Source: Atractiella rhizophila
Lineage: Eukaryota
Assembly (NCBI GenBank): GCA_021432655.1
Contig: MU271222.1
Coordinates: forward strand, 41,519 to 105,518
Reading direction: 5' to 3'
Length of the DNA stretch: 64,000 nucleotides
In this document: one piece after another, positions 1 through 12,672 of the stretch
How the letters are laid out: every line of letters begins with the position of its first letter
How positions within the stretch are numbered: the first letter of the stretch is position 1
Translations under genes and position numbers: made by a program
Notes under the pieces: model-generated
Told to the model about the DNA's origin: nothing
Seen by the model: the letters and a program-made list of their open reading frames with translations, nothing else
Database searches by the model: none

Positions 1-1299
1 AGAACTGTGTTAAGAGCGGCCCCAGTGCACTTCGTATGGTAGGCTTTAGACGACTCCATTGTAGCTCTGCTCTGAAGATTCACGCAGACCTAAATGAGAT
101 CAAGTGGAGATGGATCACGTGCTTCAATAATTTCTTGAATGACATGACGTTCTTCTTGTTGTGTTTGAGTTCACCATGACCGCCTCTGGAACTGCAAAAA
201 CCCATCGATGCATCTCTTCTCATAATCTATGCGAGGAATCTTCGTATCTCAGGACTTTAGTCTCCGTTGGCTCAGGTGGTTCCCATCCCCAACCATCAGA
301 AAGGAAAGATCAAGCAAATGAGTCAATGCAAAGGTGGTATGAGCTCTTCATTATTGCTGTCACCTTCAGCTCTGAGCTGCGAGCCTCAGGTTATCTCCGG
401 CATAAAAGTTGTATTGAACACGCAAGCCGATCCAGTCTAGAACAGTGAAGGGACAAAGAAGTGAAGACCTCCAGTTCTCGTAAGCAAATCAATCAAGGTA
501 CTTCTCATGAATGCTGGAAAGGATGCATACTCTCCACCTTGTACCTCCTCTAGCCCAAGTTACTGGTCATTACGACCCTGATTGTGACTGATGCCTTTAC
601 CCGCCAATGATAAACTTGACGGGGATGGTGTGCAGAAGTGATTTCACGGCCACAATCACGATTCCAAAATCAGAGCTGAGACTGAGTCCATAAATGCCCG
701 GATGCACGCCAGAAAGGACTCGACTCGCGTGAATTCGCAGTGAGGTCGAGAGCGCAGTGGAAGTAGAATGAACGAGCGGATGTCAAGATCTTTAACGATC
801 AATGTAATCCTTTTCAGGAAGTTTTGAACGAATATTGCTCGCTCCAGCACATAGGCTTCATTGACGCGAAAGGAACGTTCCGCTTTGACTCGACGTCTCA
901 ACGCAGCTCATAGAGCATGACACTTCGCAACACGACTGAGGCGCTCCATCCCACGAGAGTCTGACTGAGAAGAGGGATGAGTAGAGGTCAAGCTAAAGCT
1001 GGCGCACATAAAGCAAACAAACTTTTAGACACTGCTCACTAACGATTCTTCCTTCCTTGCTGTATTTTGTTTCCGTCATGCGGCCACTTTCCCATTCGTT
1101 CTTGTTCTCACGATTCTACCAAGCGCAGTGTGAGGGTACTAGGCCGCCCTAATCTCGGACTCGTATGAGCTCAAAATGATCATACTCGTCTCCCATCCTT
1201 GTATCTTTTAATGTCTCGTGTATTCCACGCAAAAAGCCATATAGACACCATCACACTCAAATCCAGCAAAAATCTGACCAGCGCGCTCACCTTTTCCTT

Positions 1300-1465
1300 A
1301 CTCTGCCGAAAAATGTGGGACAACCGGCCAGCCCCGGTGGATATATAATCAGTGCTCGTTGCGTTATGTAAAGTTAAGGACGACTCTGCCGAAAAATGTG
1401 GGACAACCGGCCAGCCCCGGTGGATATATAATCAGTGCTCGTTGCGTTATGTAAAGTTAAGGACG
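1300..1465 (+). repeat. Perfect 83-bp tandem duplication (1300-1382 / 1383-1465) of the GST-kappa core promoter
   Basis: ACTCTGCCGAAAAATGTGGG...GTAAAGTTAAGGACG occurs twice head-to-tail. Each unit contains GATATATAA. The second copy ends 12 bp before the ATG at 1478. Confidence 0.95.
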
Positions 1466-1477
1466 AAGTTTCTGAGA

Positions 1478-2511
1478 ATGTCAACAAAGATCAAGTTCTA
1501 CTTCGATCCCGTTTCTCCTTGGGCGTACTTGGCCCTCACTGTGCTCCGACGCTATGTGAAGCCCTGGGATTTAAAGGTCGAATATTGTCCTGTGTTTCTG
1601 GGAGGTGTAATGCTGGCTGCAAAGAATGATCCACCCATAGCCAACAAAAATAAAGGTGAACTGTTCACCATGCTTCCTGCTACTTTTACTCATGACTGTA
1701 GGCGCATACATGGTACGCCATTTATGCTAACTGCAGTAGACATAGCACCAGACGACTTTGGACACGATAGGAAAAAGTTGATTTGCCTCTGGTATCAGCT
1801 TATTTTGACGTGCCGGTTTGTGCTCCTTCACAGCCGCTGTACTAGAGATTTCATATTTGACAAGCTGCGACGACGCCCTGTAGACCCTGACCCAGCGAAG
1901 AACTTCCCTCCGTCCTCTGTATACATATCACGCCTCTTAATCTTGATCAAAGCACTGGAGAACGAGGAGAAACTGCTGCAAGTCATGGACCTGATTAACG
2001 TGTGTTGGTTTCTGCTCCATGCTGTATATTTTGCGACGCGCTGAATCCATCACGACACAATTGAACAGCAAGCATACCATATAGAACTGAATATGAAGGC
2101 TTTTAGCGCTCCGGAATGGTATTCCCTGCTTGTTCCTGCGGCATTTTCCAAAGAACGCTTGGACGAGTTGGTAGCGATTTCAAACACGACTGAGCACAAG
2201 GAGAAGTTGAAGCGCGAAGCAGGCGAAATGGCTGCGCGGGGTAGGTACTTTCTCTTCATCAGAAAATGCCTAAACTTTCAATCGGTAGGGCTTACGGATG
2301 CCCATGGTGGGAAATTGAGAGGCCTGATGGTGCTGTTCTCAATCTTTTCGGGAGCGATAGGTTCGAGGTGTTAGCGTGGTGGTAAGGTCGTTTCCCTTCC
2401 TCCAACAGCATACAATGAATGCACAACAGGTTGGGCAAACAATGGAACGGTCCATATCCCGATGGCAGAAAGGTCAAACCCTTGAGCTTGAATATCTCGC
2501 TAAAACTTTGA
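1478..2511 (+). CDS. Kappa-class glutathione S-transferase / DsbA-like (HCCA isomerase family), spliced
   Basis: MSTKIKFYFDPVSPWAY (catalytic Ser motif), PVFLGGVM..N.PP, KGAYM, GAYGCPWW, FFGSDRFE, WNGPYP; stop TGA at 2509-2511. Central exons are not fully resolved. Confidence 0.88.
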
Positions 2512-4500
2512 CTGAAGTGGAGGATCAATCCCTATGACTCCTAGTATGGAGCAAAGTTGTGTGCAGGATTCCATTCATTGTAATTCATAACATCAATATT
2601 TGAGGTCAGCGTTGCCATTCAAAGGGTTAAGAGCTCAAGAGACCTAAAGTTCATGTATTTGACTTCGCTCTTGACTACACTTGTCTGGCAGAAGTACATA
2701 CATGCACACATGCCGCTCAAAGACGATGTTTCAAGATGCCGCCAGACTAAGGAATAGCGTCATAAATGAGACACCCTATACTCCTTGTACGGATCCCTCG
2801 CCAGCACTCCCTCACTTCCTGTTGACCAAATAAAGCTTTAAACAAACTAGGTCATCTTTGCACCAAACGATGAGTTGCTATAATGATATCAATCCACCAG
2901 ATCACTCAGGTTGAAGAGGGACCTTGCTTGAACAGTAAGAATACGCAATCACTCCAAGTCGCTCGGAGTGCCAGTACTCAGTTTCCAATGAATATTGTCA
3001 CGTTTGAGCAAGCTATCACAGAGGCATCCCGTTCGTGTCTATAATTCAGCTTTACAAGCATAAATGTCCATGCACATCAGTTTGACATATCACAAATCAA
3101 TTTTCAATTTTAGGAACAACAAGAAATTTAGAAAGTACCATTGCCCAATCCTCAAACGGAACTTTCAACGCACACATTTTACCACAGACGCAGTTTACCC
3201 ATTATCAAAGTTCCACCCACGTTCCACTTTCGTCACTCCTCAACTCTGCTGTTCCCGGCGCCAAGCTCGTCACAGTGCGACAATCCCCTTTCGACCAACG
3301 AGAATAGAAGCTGGTTCGTCCGATTCGTAGTCGTGAGATTCTGGTGATGTTCGTTGTTGTTTGTGTTTGTGTGAATGACCAGCCAAGATGCAATCCCAGC
3401 TTGCTTTTCCGAACTCCTTCTCTTCACAGTAAGACTGAGCGAACAGCCATTAGAAACGGAGACGGGAGGGGATAAATCGGTTGAATTGAGCTGAGATTTG
3501 CCCATTATAACGTCTTGGGATTGGGACAACACTGGACAACACAGTCCGTGGGTTGGATGGAAGGTGACGTCGGTCAGACGGTATGGTTTATTCCTATGGA
3601 TGCAGTGGAACGGTACAGATTTCGTGTCAGTGATCATGATTTGTGCAGCTTAGACAAGGAGCTCAGAAGAAGCTGGAAAAACACCTTCCTGTCGAATCTT
3701 CTAAAAACTGACTCCCTTGACATTTTTCTTCTCGTACCGTATTGGGAGGCAAGAGGGGAGTGCATTGCGTTTCCCTCTCGTCAGTAACTCCCCGAGAAAT
3801 CGCAAAGCAGATATGTGAATTGTTCCTTCTCCCCGAAATCAGTCCGATTTATGTGCTGTGCGACGTTTTAAAGTCAGAGAGGCAAGCAACGGGACTCAAC
3901 ATCCTGGTGCCTAATCCTATACCAACTTCCTCCGCACTGAATATGTGCACCACCGCACCATCTATAAGCGTGATCATACTTGAAGTTATGCTTCGTTTTA
4001 TTTTTCTAGGCTGAGATTGTGAGGGAAGGTCGAGATAGCTGACTGATAACTCACCTGAAGTCAAGGACCATTTGACCATTTGCATATTCTCGAGCGCTTC
4101 ACTTTCCCTTGCGTGTACATTGCAATTGTGTGATAAGGACGCCATTACAGTTACAGCTGTGCTCACCGTTCCACAACTATCGCGAACGTCTCAGAGTTGT
4201 AAAATTAGATGTACAAGAAGATTTGTGGTTGTTCGCATGCGAAAAGACAAACAATCAGTGATTTTCAGCGTTGTTTGTTACATTACATTGGTACATGTAG
4301 TGTGGAGGTAAACCGTGTGCGTCTGGCTGTCTGATGCTTGCCACTTGCGCGTCCTCAACGAAGTACGCGTCCCTGATCAACAACATTTCATAATCATTAC
4401 GCGTCCTGCTGCGAATCACTACACGGTTATTTATGTTGCTTTCCCACCATCTATACCATCATACGGCCTTCGACAGGTCAGGAGTAGATAGAAACTCAAA

Positions 4501-5540
4501 ATGGACGCCCTTGTCTCTCGCTTCTCATCCTCCAGTAAGGTGGAATGTAACTTTCCTGAAGATGGGCAGTATGCTTTACCCGTAGGGAAGAATATGCAAA
4601 TACTTTCCCCTCTATTTAATGTACCAAATGTTCCTGACGTGAGTCCAGAAATCTTTTCAATTGTCAGATGGCTGATTGATACATTAGCCTTCAACATGGC
4701 TCGCTACACATACCAGCAATGAAGCTCCAGATGCGAAGGTCAAAATCAAGCACGGTACCACGACACTCGCCTTCATTTACCAGGGAGGCATCATCGTATG
4801 CGTTGACAGTCGTGCTACAATGGGATCATTCATCGGCAAGACTCCTTACATTCTTTGGTTCTAGTTCAGAAAAGGTTGCAGGTAGCGGAACAGTCAAGAA
4901 AGTTATGGAGATAAATCCTTATCTGCTGGGAACAATAGCTGGAACAGCTGCGGATTGCCAATACTGGCTTCAGCAACTGTCGGTCCAGTGTAGGTTGTAC
5001 GAGCTTAGGAACAAGGAGAGAATCAGCGTCAGCGCCGCCTCGAAATATTTCGCGAACCTCGTCTATAGTTATAAAGGGATGGGTCTTTCTATGGTTTGTC
5101 CCAAGTTCTTATCTGTGTCACTTCTAATGGAGGTGTAGGGAACCATGCTCTGTGGGTATGATAGTTGTGGACCTCACATCTACTATGTCGATTCCGATGG
5201 TGCAAGGATGAAGGGAAATCTCTTCTCAGTAGGCAGCGGAAGCACCTTCGCGTATGGCGTCTTGGATCAGGGATACAATTTCGACATGACGGACGAAGAA
5301 GCTATAGACCTCGCGAAGAGAAGCATTTACGGTGCTTCCCATCGTGATGCCTACAGTGGGAACTCGGTCAACGTTTACCACATGCAGAAAGATGGGTGGA
5401 AATTCTTGGGTGAGCATACACACCCTCTTCCTATCAAACAGGTCACTGAAGTATGTCGAGCAGGCAATTCAGAGTTCGATCAGTTAACTTACGAAGAGGG
5501 TTGGGGATACCAGCAAAGGACTAACCAGTCTGTTGATTGA
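4501..5540 (+). CDS. PRE2: 20S proteasome beta5 subunit (PRE2/PSMB5 family), divergent
   Basis: Propeptide ending KHG|TTTLAF (Thr1 at 4757), DSRAT, KKV (Lys33), [34 protein letters not shown]; four introns. Confidence 0.96.
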
Positions 5541-7593
5541 AAGAAGAAGCGTTCAATAGTTTCGAAAGGTGTTGCCCACGCAGCTAGTGAGTGCATTTTT
5601 TTATGGAGTTCAATTTATCAACAACATAACCGGCGCAGAACGCATGAGAAGAAACCAACAGGCTGCAATACCTTTCCCTACGATCAACTTTATCCCGCTA
5701 CTCCTTCTCCTTCCAGCCTCGTTCGTCCTGTCATTGAGTTAACTACGTGTAAATTACTGCACAATTCTGCGCAATGATGATTAGCATGTCATGCAACAGG
5801 TCATGATGGATACATTCCTCCCTTTAGTGCCTCCTCTGCCTCAAATTCCCTCACTGTTTTGATCTCTGCCTGTCAATGGGAACAACCATAGATATCATCG
5901 ATCATATACTAACAACATAAGTTCGAGTGAAAATGGTGAAAATGCATAAAGAGTGTACAGGGAAGTACTACGATATCCGTACGCGTACGTCCTAGTTCGA
6001 AGCAGTACACCGACACACAAAGTAAACACTCTGATTCTCGATTCACTTCCATTGACCTACTTTTATTGCAGGTTATTCACTCGAAAACGTTCGTTCTACG
6101 TGCTCTTACCACAATATAAAACATCTCAGTTGGATTAATTCATCAAGTGCGACGCTTCCCCTGGTGGGAAGGAAGTTAGTTTCGTGACTTCCGCAAGTGT
6201 CCTGGCATTTTTCAGCCCGTGAATTCCGCTGTGTAAGCGATAATACTTGCACTGAGCTCTGCAGCGCGAAAGGGGTAAATTATGTGGACTTTTGATCGAG
6301 ATTCAGAAGTACCCTAGCTAAGCTTTGCTCTTTCCATCGTTGGATTTCCAGGAGTTGGAGTTGGAGGATAGAGGACTTGATTAGGACCGAAACTCCTCCT
6401 CTCAGTCCGTTCAAAGGTGGTTAAATAACTGGTAGTGTTTATCAGTAATGTAATTGCGTCCTGTCCTGCTCCTTTGACACTTTTGTTTCATTTTCTTTCT
6501 CGAGAGGGCATTTTTTGACGATGCCTCTATCCCTCCTCCCAAACGACCTCACTGCAGCAAGGTCAACGGAACCGTAGAATAGCAACAGGAGCATTGCATT
6601 CGATCCATCCATCATTCTGACCTACGTTAATCAGCATCAGGTTCAATCGCGACTTCATGGCCAGCAACGAGCACCGCCAGGTTTTTCTCGACGGCGACGA
6701 CAGGGTGGTGAAAATCGGCGTTCATTCCAACTTGGATTTACGTGTTCAGTCAGTGTTGCAGTGCCGTCTCGATTTGCCAGACGGCACAAGCGATCAGCTT
6801 GAATGACAATGAACAAACTTACACGGGCGATTGTGCGTTAGCAAAGTTTGTACTGTTCTTATCTGGCATGGGAGTCCTGAAGAACTGTTGGGGATACAAG
6901 GATCTTTGATTCCGGAAAGATCCTTTCCTAATTTTCTTGTCTTTCTCTGTTCAATTCGATCGCGGGTTTGGGATGCCTTCTGCCTTCTGCGCGCACCTGC
7001 CTGGATTTCTGGACAGGTATCGTCAGATCCCCAAGTCGGATCGAGTTGACGGGCGAACATATTGTGCATCAGCTGCGAAGACCGCAGCGAGGGCTTCGCA
7101 CCCTTTCCATCGCATCGAGTTTATCGACGCTGGAATTTAGAAAGCCCATCAGGGAATGATCTGGATTCAGTGTGAAGAAGGTGCCGAGTTGGCTCGCTTC
7201 CTTATTTCGTGGGCCTAATGGAGAAGATGCTCGTGCCTTGTTCGCTCCCTTTCCCTTTCAGCTGCCTTGGCTTGTTCACCATCTGTACCTTGCCTACCAG
7301 TTCGGCGGCCTAGCAATGCTTCCGTTGTTGGCTTCCGAATTGCATCGCTCGTGATAATTCGCACACGTGTCTTCCCCATCTTCGTAGCTCGTTGGCATGA
7401 AACAGCCAACCCGTTTGGTAATCTCATGCGTTTGAGCCAGTTTGTCGGATGCACTTTTGCTTTCTTTCATGTTCGATCGAGTGTTTCGATCAACAATTAT
7501 AAAAGAGTCTTCTCATCCCTTCCGTCTCCATCAGAGCACGAATAATCCTTTGATCGCCACCAATTCTTTCACATTCTTGCATTCTCAATAAAC

Positions 7594-8422
7594 ATGAAAT
7601 CACAAACACCAGAACAAATTGCTAGCACCTCGCAGACCCCTTCACCTCCTTCCTCCGCGGTATCGACGACCGCTCCGAAAAAACAGAACAAGACCAAGAT
7701 TACTCGTAACAGGAAGTATTTGGCTTGTGATGTTGGTCTTTCCTCTTCGTCCCCCTCCAGTTCTCATAATGCTATTTGTCACCCGTTAGGCGTGCCGTAA
7801 ATGGAGGAGGAAGTGCGAGAAGGAGAGTGAGATGGACAAATGCAAGGGTTGCAGTGACAGGGAGATCTGGTATGCTTCTTTCACAGGTATCAGCCCCCTT
7901 TCTCACTTGGTTGTACAGCTGCGAAACCACCTATGTCCGTAAACCTCGATCAAGTGATAAAGTGACAAAACAAGCCGAGGCTGTCAAGTAGGTCCTCACT
8001 AGCTTTTCGGCTTCGATGTTGATCGTCAATGGACATCATAGATTCCTTTCTCAGCCTCCCAACTCCGTCAACGCGTTATACCCTTCGTGGGGTATGCCTT
8101 TTCCCGTCTACCCACAAGCCATGCGAGCACCCATTTTCCCTCCGTTCCCACTGGACAACCGTCTGAACGATCAAAGTTTGGTCGGCTCTATTCCACCTCC
8201 GTTGCTTGAACGTGAGTTTTCAACTCGAAATCCAAGGCGACTACTCACTGTCTCGTAGACTTCCAATTGACATCTGCTCTACAATCCCACGTTCAAAACG
8301 CATACCCAGTCTCATACGATATGCTACGTCTGCCTAGTCTTCCGGAAGACGTCAAACCGCCGTTACCCACCGTTTCTGCTGCACATATTCCGTATCATTT
8401 GGTCAATGCCAACGGCTTTTGA
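7594..8422 (+). CDS. Small Zn(II)2Cys6 transcription factor (~190 aa)
   Basis: Spliced exons give ACDACRKWRRKCEKESEMDKCKGCSDREICC (C-x2-C-x6-C-x8-C-x2-C-x6-C), followed by a Pro-rich tail and TGA at 8420-8422. Confidence 0.88.
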
Positions 8423-8869
8423 TCCTCACCGTGATTGTATGTTTGTTTCTTTGGCACCGTTTGTAGACATCATTGTTCGACTTTAGAGGACTTGAGATTT
8501 TTTCAATTCCGTGCCCATATGCCTTCTGTTTCTAATTGCGCAAGAAAAAATATTTCAACTCGTTGTAATTAATGGCCCCATGACTGCTTAAATAATATTG
8601 TTGATTCCCTGGGTAAATTGATGCTCACATTGAACATTAATAGTCTAGTGTTCTTCCCTCGGATGTTATATACTTGCTCTAACTCACAGATGCCCCTTCC
8701 CTAACGATCTCCACCCCTCCTTAGCTTGCTTTCCAATCCGTCTCGTCTTCCATGAATCACCCCCTAGTCACTCTTTCCTCGCTTGTCTCCTGACCCTGAT
8801 TTCCGATAGAATTCGAGGTCGATACCTAATCCCAGGGATCCCCAAACTCAAAGCGAAACTCGATTTCCC

Positions 8870-11067
8870 TTACCCTTCTCCCAAACCAGTCAACACAGTC
8901 CAAACCCGCTCATTCCACGTCTTTTCCATCCTGTCCATTCCTATCTCTATCCATCCATCCGCTCCGTGCAGCGTACTGCTTCTCTTCCCCAACCGCAACA
9001 CAACGCCGCCATTCGGGTTCTTCCCAACTGTGCGAGGGACGACATCGCCTTCCTCTGCTGAGATGATGATGGATACGGATGTGGGAGTAGAGGTGGGAGG
9101 TGGAGTATTGTTGAGGTCGACGAGTTCGACTCGAGCTTCGGAAGCAGAGAGATTGGGAGGTGGGACGCGAAGGGTAGGAAGGAGATGTTGAGACGAGAAA
9201 GCAGGGTCGCAATCGTAAACGAATACCTTCTTGATGCCCGCCATTTCAATCGCGACAAGGGCATCGCTATATGCTTTCCCGGAGCATTTCGTGATTAGCG
9301 CGACTGTACGAGACGTTACCGCATTGATGGGAGATAAGTTCTCGGTGATGGTTTTGGAGAGGCAGGAGGCGAAAACATTGTGCGATGTCGATGACGACGA
9401 GGTCGGCAAGCGAGTGATGACGTCGCAGAGGGAAGTGGAGCTGGATGCATCCGATGCAGGAGGCGGGAAGAAATTTAACACTGCACCTGCGAAGGAGGAA
9501 GAGGAAAGAGCAGTTTGGATGGTTTCGACGTCTGAACATTCGAACCGGATGTGAAGGTTGAGTGAATCCGCCTTTTCCTGTAACTCTCTTCGCCATTCTA
9601 GACTATGTCCAGACAAGAAAACCGTGCGCATCACTTTCAAGCCAGCAAGAAAGAGAGATTCTTGGATCTGTGAGAAAGTGAGATCTCCATCGTCATCGAA
9701 TATTGATGATGCGGAAATTGGAGTGAGAAGGGTGTTGAAAGTGCGAGACAGCTGTCCTATCCTCTCAGTATTATAAGCGATGACAGGTTTGTGTCCGTCC
9801 ATCCCCATCCCCATACCAACATCATTAAGAGAACCCCTCAACCGTTCCAGGTCTAAATTATCTTCCATCCGGTGAGCTTTCCTGACCAACCGAAGGATCG
9901 AGATATCAAATTGTTGAGCTAAGTCGAGACTTGGTTGGACGTTTTTAATACACCACGGAGTCGTCTGGTTCAAATCGATATCCGTCCCGATAAGATGTGT
10001 AGTTCCCCTCGAGCGAGCCAGCCTCTCCAGCTCGTCCGCTCCCAGTCTCAGCTCGACATCAACAAACTCGCAGCCTATCTCAACTCCAAGGCGTAGGAGA
10101 TCAAGGTATCTCTCCTTCCAAGTGGCGTCCTTCATGAAATCTGGAAAGCTCCCTCCTCCCAACACTGTCCGGACCGTAAAGATGATAGGCAACGTAGTGA
10201 CGCTCCGTATCTTGGATATAGATCGGGCCACAAAATCCCTACCCTTCTCTCTCTCTTCCGATGACAACAGTTCACTCTTCACCAGGTCTATTCGCACTTC
10301 AATCACATTCGCACCCGTCGTGTCCTCTTTCCGCAGCGTAGTGGGATCCTCCTCACAAAGTTGCAGCGCGTATGTTCTTCGCTCAGAATCTGATGCGTAA
10401 GAGAGAAAATCAAGCCGTTGGGAGTGAGGAGATGACGGTGTGGACTGTAGGATGAAATGGAGAAAACGCAGAAAGGAGGTTTCAAGCGGCTTGAGAACCA
10501 TGGAGGGTGGGGTTTGAGGGGATCGCAGTGCAGTGAGGCTGAAATAGGTATGTGTGGAGCAGGCAGAGAAGAAGGGAGTGCGTCTTTCCCAAACTGATCG
10601 GATATGTTCGTCCCACAACGGTCTATCGCCGGCATTTGTTAACGACCGACCAACCAACAAGACGCAACTAGAAGGACCAACCTGGTCTTTTCGCTTACTA
10701 AATACTTGACAACTTCTCCTTCGTCCCTCCGCACGTGGATAACCGTCCCACCACTCCTCCCAAATTCCTTCAACAACTCTCTATTCCTCTCTCTCTCTAC
10801 GACCCCACCTCCGCAAGCAACTACGTATCCTGTTCCACATTTGTCCAATAGACCCTCCAAGATTCCGGTCTCTTCATCCCTAAACCGTTCCCATCCATTC
10901 TCAGCAACGTATGCTGAGATAGTCGTCTTATTCTTAGAGGAGAACAATGCATCCGCGTCAATGAACGGTCGAGAGAGGGAAGTGGCAGCGATCAACCCAA
11001 GCGTGGTCTTACCCACTCCCCTCATTCCGATGAGGATCAAGCTGCGAGGTGAGGTGGGCGCGTCCAT
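8870..11067 (-). CDS. QutR/qa-1S-like repressor: shikimate kinase + type I dehydroquinase-like + degenerate shikimate dehydrogenase domains
   Basis: LIGMRGVGKTT P-loop, CGGGVVE, IEVRIDL, PIIFTVRT..GG.F, FVDVEL, GQLSR..N.LLTP, ENLSPINA. One intron near 10625-10681. No DHQ synthase or EPSP synthase domains. Confidence 0.85.
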
Positions 11068-12672
11068 TCCAGATCTACGCTCTATATATCGAAGCCTATG
11101 GGAGTGCAAATCAGTGGAATTATTGGTTGTGCACAAGAATCAAGATTCGAAGAACCACGGTGGAAATGAAGGCCCGCCAGTATTGAGGTTCGCACGCGAG
11201 GAATTCTGCTGCTTTAGGGATTAGGCAAACTATTCATGGTCCTACTTCTATTCCGAGACATAACGGAACCGTCGTCACACGGAATTGAATAACGACAAGG
11301 GTGATGAATCCCAAGCATTTCATGATGCTTAGGATAAAAGAAGCTCAAGATCTCGCAAGCAATTCCTTTAATGTGGTAAGAATTTGATGGGAAAAGTGAA
11401 TGGAAAGAATCTGGACAGTTTACACCACTCAGGACTCAGGCAGTCAGGTTAAACAAGAAATAACAATATGCTTTCGCGCGAGTTGTCAAAAACGAAGCAG
11501 AAATCAAATCTCACACCTTGCGCGGTGATGATCCTGATGAAGGGACTCGGAGGGTACACAAGGACGATAAACTGAATTGATTTGCAAGGGCATAAGGTGC
11601 TTCAAGAAATCTTGTCGATAATACACACAAATTTTAAGACAATGACATCCACTTGACAGCAGTTACTGAAAATTGTGATAACACATGATATTGAACCGTG
11701 AAATGGCACTGAAGCAGAAGTTCGCACATCCACATCCAGTGTTCAAGTTGACAGTACAAGAAGAGAAAAAGCTGCTCACAATTCACTTGTCAATTGATGC
11801 CAAGCTACGTCCACTTCAGCCCTTCTTCCACAGCAAATACAACACGCAGATGTACCATAAGCTGTCACGTGCCAAATGGTTTATATCAGGACTAGACTAC
11901 GGGGAAGACGTCTCCTCCAAGAACTCTGAGGGAGAGGAGTGATTGATGAAAATGACCGAGCGTGGAAACTCAAGGTACCTACGTAAACGTGAGTGTATGA
12001 TGCGGTGCAGCTGAAATATTTGTCCGTCTGGGAAAAGTCAGGCCGACAGAATGCTGCTTGTTCCCTTTCTTTTGAGAATTTTGACTTTGTGGGCTACTCT
12101 GTTTCAGTGCTTCCAGTACTTGGGCAAGTAGTTTGCAGTAATAGTCCTCAATGTTCATTGATATTCTTTTCCTTTAGAGGAGAACTTTGAGGTTGTCAAG
12201 GTTGCAGACTAGCTCAAAGACACCCATCTCATCTTTCCAACCCAAGTCTTTCTTATGATCCTTCTCACGCCTACCTCGTAGCCGCGCCGAGGCGGCTTGT
12301 GATCGAAATCCATTACTGCGAACCAATGCGTTGTGAACGATAGCAGCGGCGAAGTCACCCAAAATTAGGTCTCCCGCTCCCCAAGTTTCTGAACTCGATG
12401 TCCGTAAAGACGAAGAAGTGCTCCTTCAAAGTCCTTCAACCTGGATTGGTTGATGCCTCGGTGCGAGTCAAGATAGGGGCAACAAATTACGGGAAGCTCC
12501 ATCGTTCCATTTTCATCTTGTCCATAGATAGTCCCATGACCGTGGCTGGAACTTCTGTGCCAAATTGGGACAGCCAAGATGAGCAGCAGCAACAGCAGCA
12601 TATAAATATGACGCGCTCTTGAGTCGTCCTGTTTCCCCTTTTCACTCCTCCCTTCTTTCGCACCGCTTTACC

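Noticed and set aside
1..1000. Short ORFs at 161-448 and 656-901
   Set aside because: No recognisable motif, and I could not build a consistent spliced model. A gene relic is not excluded.
1300..1465. Direct repeat as a CRISPR array or LTR
   Set aside because: Only two abutting units, with no spacers, TG...CA ends or TSD, in a eukaryotic context.
2500..2511. Peroxisomal PTS1 on GST-kappa
   Set aside because: The C-terminus is LKL, which is not a canonical SKL/AKL/ARL signal; left uncalled.
6657..7354. Possible small spliced gene starting MASNEHRQ
   Set aside because: Every exon combination I tried hit stops or needed unsupported splice sites.
8870..11067. Pentafunctional ARO1
   Set aside because: It lacks the DHQ synthase and EPSP synthase domains, and catalytic residues are missing.
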